Below are positions 13,265 through 23,385 of a stretch of DNA of 64,000 nt, one piece after another. The notes below the pieces were generated by a model. It was not told where the DNA came from. It worked only from the letters and a program-made list of their open reading frames with translations, and ran no database searches. Location: assembly GCA_964036045.1 (NCBI GenBank), contig OZ038378.1, positions 168,516,001 through 168,580,000 of the forward strand. The letters are read 5' to 3'. Made by a program: the position numbers and the translations under genes. This DNA comes from Eutreptiella sp. 'Long Island Sound 2002'. Its lineage: Eukaryota; Protista; Euglenida. Position 1 is the first letter of the stretch; each line of letters opens with the position of its first letter.

Positions 13265-14899
13265 CCCCCCCCCACGGCTCACCTGCAGTGCCTTGTGCCT
13301 GCCACAGACCCAATACACTAGCATATAGCGGTGATTGGGGGTCAACCCGGAGGCGTATTGGTACACCCATCGGGAGTCGCGCAAAAGCAGGGCGGCGTTG
13401 CCTGTGTGCGGGGCCCCACAAATGTACCGCGCGTTCTTCGTAAACGATTCCGGGGCAACGGCCCAGGAGTCTTTAGTCGAACTCCAGTGCCCCGTCCCAA
13501 GCTCGAAACCGCCGTTGCGAAGGCCGGGGTGCGACGTGATCGGATCCCGGATCAAGATGGTCTGATGCCAGCTGGGGTAGTTGCAGTTGCAGAAGGGGTA
13601 GTCACACTCTCCATACTTCCAGAGTTTCCAGGACCGCTCAATCCTCTTGAGAGTTGCATACCCATGCAACTTTGGGTAGGGCGTGTATTCATCGGTATAT
13701 ACACTGATCCGCGACAAAGTAGTCACGGGGGTTGGTTCCCCGGTCACGGCGGGTTCATACGACGCGCCGTACGGCAACTCAATCCTTTCGGGAGGCGTAG
13801 ATAGCCATGGCGAGTCTTTTTGAACCTCGATGGTCTGCGGCCTTGTCAGACAAGCAGCGCCATGCCCGTAATCCACCTTCCAGGTCCTTGTGATGGTCTT
13901 GCTGCACGCTTCGTCGTTTACAGCGGCCACAGAGTCAGAGTACGTCAATGTGATCGGGGCGCCGCAGGGGTCTGAGACCTTTGGGGTCCCAAGGCCGTTA
14001 TTGGGATCCAAATCATGCGACTCTGTGACAGTCCGGTCCGGGGGGAAGTACGTGATAGAGGGCAGGCCGAATCGTGTCACAACAATTTTGCGCCTGACCT
14101 CACTGTAGCCCCCGCATTGCGGACCGTTCCAGGCTCGCAAAGAGAACTGGATGGTCTTGTCGATACAAGTCGGTGTCACGAGCACGGACTTTGGGGGGTC
14201 CACCTTCGCACCAACCTTGCACTGATCATCAAACTCCCAATCATGAATATCACCCTGCAGCACCAGAGGTTTAGAGCAAGAGAGATGCTTCGTCAGTGCC
14301 TTCAGGTCTTTCCATCGCGGTTTGTTGGGGGTGGGGGTGTCCCTCCGGCACTCGTTCGTCACTCCGTGCTGGCTCGCAATCATTTTCTTCGCGGCATCGG
14401 TTGCGAGTTCTCTCACGATGTTGTCCTTGCTGCCCTCGACCGCAGCCTGCGAAGTCAAATCAACCTTCACGTCCAGGGTGTAGCGTCTGACCCCCCCATT
14501 TCCTTGGCCGCCCAAAGTGCCCACCGTCACTTGGACTGGGACCGGTACTGCCGTGGGGTCCGTGCCATGGGGAATCTTTACGTGGGACGGCACTTGGAAA
14601 TCTACCTCAGGCATGAGTTCTGGGCTGTCCTGCAGCTGGAGCAGCTGCTGATTACCAGCCTCCATGTCACGTATGCACTTTTCATCCGACTGGAGCTCTC
14701 TGATCTTGGGTGCGACCTTCTGTTTGAACTTCTCCCGGAATTGATCGTGGCAAGCCGTGTCGTAAACAAGGCTCGTCTTCCCCTCGGACTTTTCCTGGCA
14801 GTGTGTGCTGCATCCAGCAATGCCACATCTCTCGATACAGTCCGCCTCGTACCGCTCCGTGAGCGCGCACCCCACCGCGTCGTTGCCCTTGCTTCTCTC
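13265..14899 (-). CDS. Segment 2: Cys-rich/coiled-coil, Ig/FN3-like, two bacterial-type HYR-like repeats and start of a galactose-binding-like (CBM/DUF642-like) domain
   Basis: In frame with segment 1 after the TAG (TEI*ERSKGNDAVGCAL); repeats of the type PPDRTV...GTPKVSDPC...TYSD...ITRTWKV...QTIEV; GLRNGGFELGTGHW motif. Confidence 0.7.
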
Positions 14900-14902
14900 C
14901 TA

Positions 14903-17900
14903 GATCTCCGTCAAAGAATCCGTCTCACAACTGAATTTGAACCAATTGATTGAGGTGAGACACGAGAGCGCACCGGCCCCAATAGCACCCAAGTCTTTCA
15001 GCTCTTCCGGCAACTCAACTTCGTTGAACACCTCGCGCACCCCGTTGGCTAGCCCCTTGAGGACTGCCCCCGGGGTGCCCGAGATCACATCGAAGAAGTC
15101 CTCCACGCTCTCCACGTTCTGCAGCGTCGCAATTTGACCAAGGAATGCGTTGATGGTGGACTCCAGCGGGGCCAGCAGGGGCCCTACGACGGGGCCCAGC
15201 GCGCGTCGGATGTCGCCGAACACCTTCTTCGCGTCGTTGTGCAGCCCCTCCACTGCTTTGCCGACCTCCTGGGACACGGCCCGCACCCCGGCGTCCACCT
15301 GCCGCTTCGCCCCGGTCACCAGCTCCCCGACCACCCGCCCCCAATCGACGTCCAGCTCAAACTCGCTGTCTGTCAGAGGGTTGGCGATCTTGGCATGGCC
15401 CTGGATGCGGACGACGGGCGTTTTCAAATCAAACTGCAGCGATCTGTCACTTTCATCTGCAACAACGGTCACGAACCCTTGGAACCCCAGCACAAAGATG
15501 TCACAGGTCATCCTCTTTTCCCCGGTTTTTGCAGTGTACGTGTACGTCAGTTCTTTGACATGCACAATCGCGAAACTCAAGTCTCCTATCCCCATCGTGA
15601 AATCATCGGTCTGCCGGCTCCACGTTGCATACACCGAGGCTGAAAACGTACCCCAAAACAAATGCAGCCGGCCTTTGAACTCGAACCCGGCGTCGTTGAC
15701 ATTGACACTGACAGAGCCATATGACCCCAACGGCGGAATGCTCACTGCGGCCTTGATTTCCACCAACACCGTGCTCAGGGATACATCCACAAGGAACCGC
15801 GCCCGGCCCTCCGCCTGGGGGGGGTCCTGATCGTGGTCCAGGCTGCCCCCAAACATCAACAAGCCCGTGATTCCGAAGGGATCCATAAGGGCGTCGATTT
15901 TAAAGCGGGATGGGCTCACTATCAGCTCCAGCGAAACGCCCCAGCCAAAGAGCACCAGCCGCCCGCTGATCTGCAGCCCCGCTGGGACGTGGATGTTGCC
16001 GCCGCCGAAGGAGATTGTTCGGGGGCGCAGCGTGAATGTGATGTAGGCAAAGCACTCCAGGGCAATCTCAGTGGTGACTTCTGAAGGTGGGGATGTGATG
16101 CCGGCACATTGCTTCGTGGTGCGGACGCGGTAGATACCCGACTCTCGGAACGCTTTGGGCAGCTTCTTGAACTGGTCCCCAAGGCCAGTGTGCCCCGCCA
16201 GCATGTTGAGCGCCTGCCCCATCGTTGCCTCCGTGATCACAGCGACGAAGTAGTTTTCGTTGTAGGTGGCCTTGTTCACACCAAGGTACAGGCCGCCCCA
16301 GACGGGCGCCTCGTCCCCTGCCGTAGGGGGATTCGGCTCCTGGCAGCGCAGCCCAAGGCATACCTGCGCCCCAATTTGAAACCCGCTGGGGCCTGCTACA
16401 ACCGCCCAATCCACCGCCAGCATGAGATGGCGGATGTGCAGGAAAGGCAGCCCGAACGCCTGTGCCCACCAGCCCTCCATCTGAATCTTCCCGCGGATGA
16501 TCACTTGTGGCGGAGGCGGGGTGAGTTGAGCAATGACACTCACATCGCCAGAAAAATACAACAGTTTTCGTGACGACACCGTATCACAGTCGTTGACGCA
16601 TACTCTCAACGGCAGGGTGACGCCCACCTGAGCGTCCGTGGACCTGGGACTCCATCTCAGGGTCAGAAACAACCCCATTCCCTTGTTCTCCGCCTTGTCA
16701 ACGATGGCCCAATTCGCTTCCGGGTCAGTGTCCGGTGCACTGCTCACGCTCAGAGTGAGACTCAGAGCACGGGGGAATGTCAGCGTTGCCAAAACCTCCA
16801 GACGCATCCCGGTCAACCCGTTCAGCACGTCACCCAGAATCCCAGTGGCACCGGGTGGCATCAGCAACCCACCCTTGGCTGAGATAGCCAACTGGACTGG
16901 GGTGCCCAAGCTCAAGGTCATTGATATCATGGCGTCCGAGAAGCTGAGATCGAACACCCCATCCAACTTGTTCTCGAGCTCGGGAGCCATTACAGGATCA
17001 ATGCTGTGTGCCAGGCCACCTACCGTAAGCTGATGCACACTCACCGCGGCAGTGAGCGCCGTGCAACTTTTCATGCCGAACGTCGCCGTCCCAAGCACAG
17101 CATTCCTCACAGACGGTTTGCGGCACTGCCCACCACAGAAATTCGCACTGATGCTGCTTTGCGAAATCACCGACTTCAACGTCTGGGCAAGGTTCGCGAG
17201 ATCTTGTTGCGCTTTGGTTCTCTCAGCTGCGGGGGGGATTCCAGGTGGGGTTGGGTCATTGCTTTGCTGGGTTGCAGTCGTTTGGCTAGGACAGGCGGAT
17301 GCGTTGAACGTCCATGCCGATTCCCCCTTGTCGTGGCTGTCCCAAATTGTGACTCCGGCTTCGAAAAGCAGGCTCAGGCCATCCATAAACTTCGCCCGAT
17401 CGTTCTGCCAGACTTCTTTCAACCGCGATGTCACGAGGCTCTTGATCTTGCTTGGATAGTCACGGATCAGCTGCTTAATTTTTTGGAGCGCAGCCTTCGC
17501 GTCCACCGATCTGAGATCGTCGATGGCTGCGAAAACAACACCAAACCCCCCGAATGCAATGCCTTCCATCCAAGCTTCGAAATTGAAATCTCTTTCGCCG
17601 AAGCAGGCCCAGTGCGCGTGTGTGTACAAGATAAACACCTCGGCAACGGGCAACGTGCGAAGTAGCTCAGGAGACGTGATGGAGATGCTGAAAGCATACC
17701 CAGAATAGGTCCCAGCTTCCCGCAGCCACATGAAGCCAAAATCTGCAGAGACTTCAGTCTTGCCGTTCCCTAACTGCGACCAGAAACTCTTCTTCTGGCT
17801 CTGGCTGCCAGTACTACCACCATTGCTGGGGTTGGGATGGGGGCTTGGGGATGGGGCAGGTTGGGATCGAGTGATTCCCAGTTCAAACCCGAAGCCTAGT

Positions 17901-18523
17901 CCGAAGAAAGCTTTGCCTTTGTCCCCAGTGACTCTCCCGGCCACCACTTCAAAATTGATGCCGACTGGCATTTCCCCAGGGCCGATCTTCTTCTTCATGG
18001 ACGGGTGGCTGAACGAGAGGCCCATGGTGGCCAGCCACAAGGAGTTGTCAATGAAATTGCCCTGGCTTGTGTTGTTGGAAGGAGGCGGGGTGCCATCAGA
18101 TGGCAGCGGCGGCTCGCTCGCACTGCAGTCCCCCGATAGAATCGACACATAGGGATCCAGCATCTGGGCCACTTGCTCATATTGGGACGCAGGCTGGGCC
18201 ACAACGTCGTCCAGAAACTTCAACATATTTTCTACGCCCTCCTCTGCTTTTCGCCGGAGGAAATTAGGCAGCCAAGTGATGCTTGCTACGTAGTGTAAAG
18301 CAGTCTGCATGCCTGTCCGGTCCAGGGCCTCCTCCACTCGGGTCACCAGGTCGTCAACCGCAAGAGCTCGGAACTCGTCTACCTGCTCCCTCAGCATTTC
18401 CATGTCAAACAACGAGGTCACCTGAAGAGGCTTGTCAGTGGGCGGGGGGGATTCAGCAACGACCACACCAAGGAGCAGCCAAGCTGCTGTCACCGCCAAC
18501 AAGGCGGCATTCAAGCCGATCAT
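14903..18523 (-). CDS. Segment 1 of giant gene: signal peptide, Gly/aromatic beta-strand-rich region and amphipathic helical region; family not recognised
   Basis: Open frame of about 1,200 codons from Met68 of the listed ORF; alternating hydrophobic beta patterns (e.g. GKIQMEGWWAQAFGLPFLHIRHL) followed by helical VVGELVTGAKRQVDAGVRAVSQEVGKAVEGL. Confidence 0.75.
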
Positions 18524-18764
18524 TGGCACAAACAGAAAATACCAGTATGCTTGCACAAAAAACAAAACTGAGCCAGGAGGTTGAACAGCATATGCACGCC
18601 GAGCGGTTTTCGGCAGTTCAGGTGTGTTGATTTGTGCCGCAGCCCTCGTAACAGACGAAACCCAGTGGCGATACAGGAAATGCAACTGAAGTAAGCTGTC
18701 TGGGCGAGCATATTGATCCAACAACTTCGTGCCTTCAGTACATCAGAGGTGAGCAAGGCAAGTC

Positions 18765-19010
18765 ATGTACTGGAACCCCTCAGTTTTCGTGTTACCTCAG
18801 CCTGCGGTTTGGCGCTACCTTCGAGCGATGTGGATGTGTTGGTCACGGGAATCAAAGACTTCAATCCCAAGCTCCCTGCATCCCAACTATACGAGCTGCT
18901 CATTTCGCATGGAATCATGAAATTAGCGCTCTCCCAACCGCAAGGGTTCCCATCACCAATGACCCGCGCTCCCACGTTTGGGTTGATGTGAGCTTTCTGG
19001 CTTTCAACTC
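18765..19010 (+). pseudogene. Relic of a Trf4/Cid1 (TENT/PAP2-type) terminal nucleotidyltransferase catalytic domain
   Basis: SACGLALPSSDVDVLV (GL.LP.SD.D motif, 18806-18838), then in a shifted frame ARVPI (18940-18954) and NDPRSHVWVDVSF (third Asp, 18985-18987). Order and spacing match this family. Confidence 0.7.
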
Positions 19011-19320
19011 CAGGGGATGGAGTTGCACTGCGCGCTACTTTTAGCCATAATCCGACGATGGCCGTCACCCCCGGCATCCCACTGGCAGGAAATCACTGTT
19101 CATGTGTCCGGCAAACGCGGCAGAGCCGCGGCCACAAATTGTCCATGAGCGGCGAAGCCGCGCTCATGTGTCCAGCAAGGCGGCGAAGCCGCCCTCATGT
19201 GTGTGTGCACATCCTGTGCACAGTCCCTACCACCCTGTTGGGTAAGGTCTCGATGCCATTTGGGCTCAAGATAGATGTTAATCCCCAAAAACTGTACCAT
19301 GCCCGTCGGCGCCACGATCT

Positions 19321-19390
19321 ACACGCCGGGCATCGAACCAAGGCCCTCCGCCACGAGGCCCCAGTGCACTTCCAATATGCTACGCTGCCC
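19321..19390 (-). mobile_element. tRNA-derived sequence (SINE head or tRNA pseudogene) with Pol III A and B boxes
   Basis: Minus strand GGGCAGCGTAGCATATTGGAAGTGC...CTTGGTTCGATGCCCGG: A box TAGCATATTGG, pairable D-arm GCAT/GTGC, B box GGTTCGATGCC; acceptor stem cannot close. Confidence 0.55.
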
Positions 19391-19989
19391 ATATGATTAA
19401 CTAACCGTCATCTGTCCCACCCCCCTGTGTTCCCCTGCCCGCCCCTTCGCTGGCCCCTCCCTGCAATAGCCGCACAGCAGCTGTTCATGATTGACGGTGC
19501 CGTGGCCTCCACGAGCCGCGATGACGGAGCGCACTGCGGGGCGAGGCCCCCGTGCAATTTCCGGTATGTTCGCTACCCCACCATCCTCACGCTGCCCATA
19601 AAAACATGAGGGTGTCCGGCCGGTCGGTGTAACTCAGCCCTCCCCGGGGTCCAAACCGCCCCTTGAAAAGCTGAAGAGATGTGTACGCCCAACGATACTA
19701 TGTTGCGCCCACACCTTGGTACTACACTTTTTCTCCTTTGAGTACCCAAGTATTTATCGACAGCATGCTACTTTTAGACTAGGTTCCCCCCATAGAGCCC
19801 CCACGAACGCCCCTTCCAATGGGCCTTATAATGAGGCGACCCAAGCTACACACCTCAAAAACTGTTGCAAACTACCTTCCCTTCAGATCAAACATCATGC
19901 AAAATGCGGAAAGCCATGAATGGCGATGGTCGCTACCCCAAATGTCCACTCCCAACAACTGTTGAATTGTCCACTAAGTAAAAAACAGA

Positions 19990-20600
19990 ATGAGCAACTT
20001 GTGTGCACAACATGACACGATTGCTGAATTCAAGAAGCGTGACGTTGTCACATGTGTGCGTGTCAATGCAATCCGTACAATATTGCAGCTGACACTTGTC
20101 ACACATGGACATCTTCTTAAAGACAGACTTGGTGCAACAAAGGGCACATACATCCCCATCGTCACCCACAACATCCTGATCATCATTGTCCTCATGTATA
20201 GGTGCGACCCATACATGTGCGGGTACATGTTCCCATGGACCATATGGAGGGTACCATACTTGTCTGCGAATTAAAAAAAGTGGTGGAAATGCAAGAGTAC
20301 ACGCATGTACTCATGCAACTCGGTGCCGGATCCCCTCCTTACGATGCCCCAATGCCACATGCATGCAAACAAGTGCTCAATACGTGCCCTATAGGAACCA
20401 TGAACATCGTTGTACTCCTTCTGCCGATCGGTCAAAATTTTTCGACCGATAAATGGCCATGCCACATGGAGGCCCCCCTTGTATGCACGATCCATAGAGC
20501 CGTTCTCATAATTAATATAATGTACTTTCGCCCTTTTAGGTCCTTCGCGATCCCAGATGAGCACATCATCTCATGCACAAAGAAAAGCACAACAATTATA
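19990..20600 (-). mobile_element. Transposase remnant of DDE_Tnp_4 type (PIF/Harbinger/ISL2EU-like) with C-terminal Cys-rich zinc finger
   Basis: MDRAYKG...PF...LTDRQKEYNDVHGSYRARIEHLF matches the D..Y...P...L+..Q..YN..H...R..IE..F signature; after a slip in an A/T run (about 20273-20280) the frame continues to DVCALCC...CDKCQLQYCTDCIDTHTC. Confidence 0.65.
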
Positions 20601-20670
20601 CAAAATGAAGCGTCTTGTAAAGGCGTGTGGATTGTGAGTCCATATCGCCAACATCGGCACTGACTTAGGC

Positions 20671-20930
20671 ATGGGGGGGGGGGGTGCCTCACATCCCCGC
20701 TCCAGCGCATGGGTAGCAAGGGGGGCCATGTGGGCAAAGGGGGGAATGCCTCACATCCACGCTCCAGCGCATGGGCAACGAGGGCGGCCACGTAGGCAAA
20801 GGGGAGGGTGCCTCACATCCACGCTCCAGCGCATGGGCAACGAGGGGGGCCACGCAGGCAAAAAGGGGGGGGGGGGTGCCTCACATCCGTGCTTCAGCGC
20901 ATGGGCAGCGAGGAGCCACGTGGGCAAGGG
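20671..20930. repeat. GC-rich minisatellite, about 62-bp unit x4 with G-runs
   Basis: cctcacatcc..gctccagcgcatggg recurs at about 20687, 20749, 20811, 20879. Confidence 0.9.
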
Positions 20931-21379
20931 GGTGGAAAGGGGTGAAATTCAGTGAAAATCTAAAAATGCCACATCCTCAGTGTGGAAGAAGCCACAAAAC
21001 TCGCCGTCAAACGACAATGATGCCCGCACTATCATGAAATATGGGTGTCTAATACGGCCAGACGCCCAAGTAGTTGCACTACCCGCGCACTGCACTTAGG
21101 TCCCCCCCTACACGCGCACTGCGCTCGTAGGGGGGGACCTCGTAGTCCACCCCTTATCCCTGTGATCAAGGTGTGTTTGGCACTTTTTCGTACTTTGTCA
21201 CTAGGCGCTTCAAGGGCGATTTGCGCCTGTTCTGCTTTGTGCCTTCGGTATCATTCGGTACCAACTCCACCATTCCACCTCTTCGTGGTTCGATTTGCAG
21301 GGCTATCTGAATCAAGTTCCCCTACTCAAGCCTCTTGTCACCATCTTCAAGACGCTCCCATGTGTTGTATCATGTAGCG

Positions 21380-21470
21380 CCGCACAACACAAACAGCACA
21401 ACACAGCCCAGCACCAAACGGCACCACACAGCACAAAACAACACTATACAGCACAGCCCAGCGCCGAACA
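21380..21470. repeat. Degenerate pentamer microsatellite (CACAR-like)
   Basis: cacaacacaaacagcacaacacagcccagcaccaaacggcaccacacagcac... Confidence 0.7.
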
Positions 21471-22171
21471 GGGGCTGGGGTGACCAATTTCTCAGGGGCT
21501 CCATTTTCTCAGTGGTTGGGGCAGCCGTTTTCTTGGGGGTTGGGCCCACCATTTTGTCATGAGGCCGTTTGTGCCCCTGAATATCTGGCCGTTGGTCATG
21601 TACCCCCCCCCCCCTTGCGCAAGCACGGCCGCGGTCCCAGAAGTCCGGCCAAAACGGCGGTTCAACGCCCACCCCGTGCTTAGACAAGGCCATGCATGCG
21701 CGTGACACATGTGACAGCCAGACCGGGAATAACATTGTTAGCCATGGCTGAAAATCACATCAGAACAAGCAGCATGGGGTTCCAATGTGTGGTACAATGT
21801 TGTTATGAACAGAATGCACCATCACAGACATGAATGAGCCCCTCTTTCCCTATACAAACGCTCTACAGACACCCAATCCTCCATTCTGGACCATAAAAAC
21901 AGCGGTCCCAAAATTTCCTCAAAACGGCGGTTCAACGCCCACCCCGTGCTTAGACAAGGCCGTGCATGCCCAAGGGGGGGGGGGCTACGTACACAATTAT
22001 TATGGTCCCCACACCTACTGTACCTTGGACAAAGGCGTGGCTTATCTGCAGAGCGGTGGAAAGTCCAGCATTACGTCCCCACCGACAGACGTATGCCCTC
22101 ATCAAGTATCGTGCGGCGCAGCCGCGTAACAGTTGTCCAAAACGGCGCCGCCAGGCGCCAACACGAATTGT

Positions 22172-23050
22172 TCAAAGTTCCAACAAGGCGCCGTGAGGCG
22201 CCGCCACAGATTGCTCCACCCTCCTGCCCCTCTTCCTGGGATTATCACTGACATCCGTACTGTATTCATCGCTGTCCGCCCACCCTAGCGAGCCCAAACT
22301 CGAAGTTGCTCCGGGTGCACCCTCCTCCCCAAGCAGGCTCCCTGTGCTATGCGAATACCCACTGTCGCTAGCCTCCCCCTCCCCAGATGACATCTCCTCG
22401 AGCCCCAACTCCTCCCACTGCTGCTCAAGGCGGCGGCGTTTCGGGAGGGAGTCCTCATTATACGGATGCTGCAGTCTCCCCTGCTCAGCCATCTTGTCCG
22501 CCTCTTCATTCCCCGCCACCCCTAGATGAGACAGCACCCATCGAACCTGGAGTCCGTCCCCTGCGAGCTCCCGCTCCGCCAGGACCGCCATCCACAGTTC
22601 CTTGTGCTCCACCTCCCTCCCTGAGACCCTCCACTGATGGCGCCGCCACTTACTGGACCACTGTGTGATCCCTTTGAACACATACTCCGAATCTAACACG
22701 ACAATCATGTGTTCCTCCCATCGCCTGCTGCGGACAGCATGCAGGACCCCCCTTAGTTCTGCCCTGCTCACACTTTGCTTTTCTCCCAAAGGGACAAAGT
22801 CAGAACTGTTGCGCAGGGAGCCCGGCCCGTACCAGGCCCCATACCCTGCCTGTGCCCAACCTCTGACCACTTTCGCAGACCCGTCTGTGTAGACGACAGT
22901 CCAATCCTCCCTAGACAAGCTCTCCAGTTCTGCCACCAATTTTGTCTTGTACGCTCCCCATTTTGCCTCCTTCATCTGTTGTTTGTCCACCTGCGGCCCT
23001 CCTCCAACAGTGGTTGGCTGCTGGGGTGGTCCCTGAAAAATCCCCGGCAT
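22172..23050 (-). CDS. Ribonuclease H1-like domain with acidic/basic tail, probably retroelement-derived
   Basis: VYTDGS, SRAELRGV, VLDSEYV, VRWVLSHLGVAGNEEADKMA: all catalytic acidic residues and the His are present; uninterrupted 292-aa frame without introns. Confidence 0.88.
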   Translation of the reverse strand: MPGIFQGPPQQPTTVGGGPQVDKQQMKEAKWGAYKTKLVAELESLSREDWTVVYTDGSAKVVRGWAQAGYGAWYGPGSLRNSSDFVPLGEKQSVSRAELRGVLHAVRSRRWEEHMIVVLDSEYVFKGITQWSSKWRRHQWRVSGREVEHKELWMAVLAERELAGDGLQVRWVLSHLGVAGNEEADKMAEQGRLQHPYNEDSLPKRRRLEQQWEELGLEEMSSGEGEASDSGYSHSTGSLLGEEGAPGATSSLGSLGWADSDEYSTDVSDNPRKRGRRVEQSVAAPHGALLEL

Positions 23051-23052
23051 TG

Positions 23053-23112
23053 CTGGATTATCGAACCATCCAATCCAGGATGTTGATAATAATAATAAAA
23101 AGATAATAAAAA
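23053..23112 (+). other. 7-bp hairpin followed by (TAA)n/A-rich tail, resembling a non-LTR element 3' end
   Basis: ctggatt (23053-23059) pairs with aatccag (23072-23078); then ataataataataaaaagataataaaaa. Confidence 0.4.
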
Positions 23113-23350
23113 CAAGTCACGCCGCGGCACCGACATGTTGGACTCGGCGCGCCAGCGCCGCAGGACCCCCGCCCACCCTGCAATAAGTTCGTCCAGCGTT
23201 GTCAAAACGGCGGTTCAACGCCCACCCCGTGCTTAGACAAGGCCGTGCATGCCCAAGGGGGGGGTGTGACCTAATTAAAAAACAGACAAATGCAAACCAG
23301 AGGTAATGCACCCCACAGTCAGGCATAAGTGCATCTTTATTCTCTATGCC

Positions 23351-23385
23351 AAACCTGGTTAACCTGGTTAACCTGGTTAAACCTC
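23351..23385. repeat. 9-bp tandem repeat aacctggtt x3
   Basis: aacctggttaacctggttaacctggttaaacct read directly. Confidence 0.9.

Larger units (their letters stand above)
4076..18523 (-). pseudogene. Giant intronless secreted multidomain adhesin/lectin-like gene (about 4,800 aa) interrupted by 2 in-frame stops and 2 frameshifts; pseudogene, recoded gene or assembly errors
   Basis: Five consecutive minus-strand ORFs abut. ORF1/ORF2 share a frame across one TAG (14900-14902). ORF2/ORF3 shift at a G9 run (13265-13273). ORF3/ORF4 share a frame across one TGA (7851-7853). ORF4/ORF5 shift at about 6491-6494. ATG 18523 starts a hydrophobic signal peptide (MIGLNAALLAVTAAWLLLGVVVA). Terminal TAG at 4076-4078. 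Confidence 0.85.

Noticed and set aside
4076-18523. Genome-wide stop-codon reassignment (Blastocrithidia-like)
   Set aside because: Only one TGA and one TAG in about 4,800 codons, none in the MINDY exons, and frameshifts coexist; a reassigned code would show many more.
19321-19390. Functional tRNA gene
   Set aside because: Acceptor stem cannot pair and the anticodon arm is mismatched.
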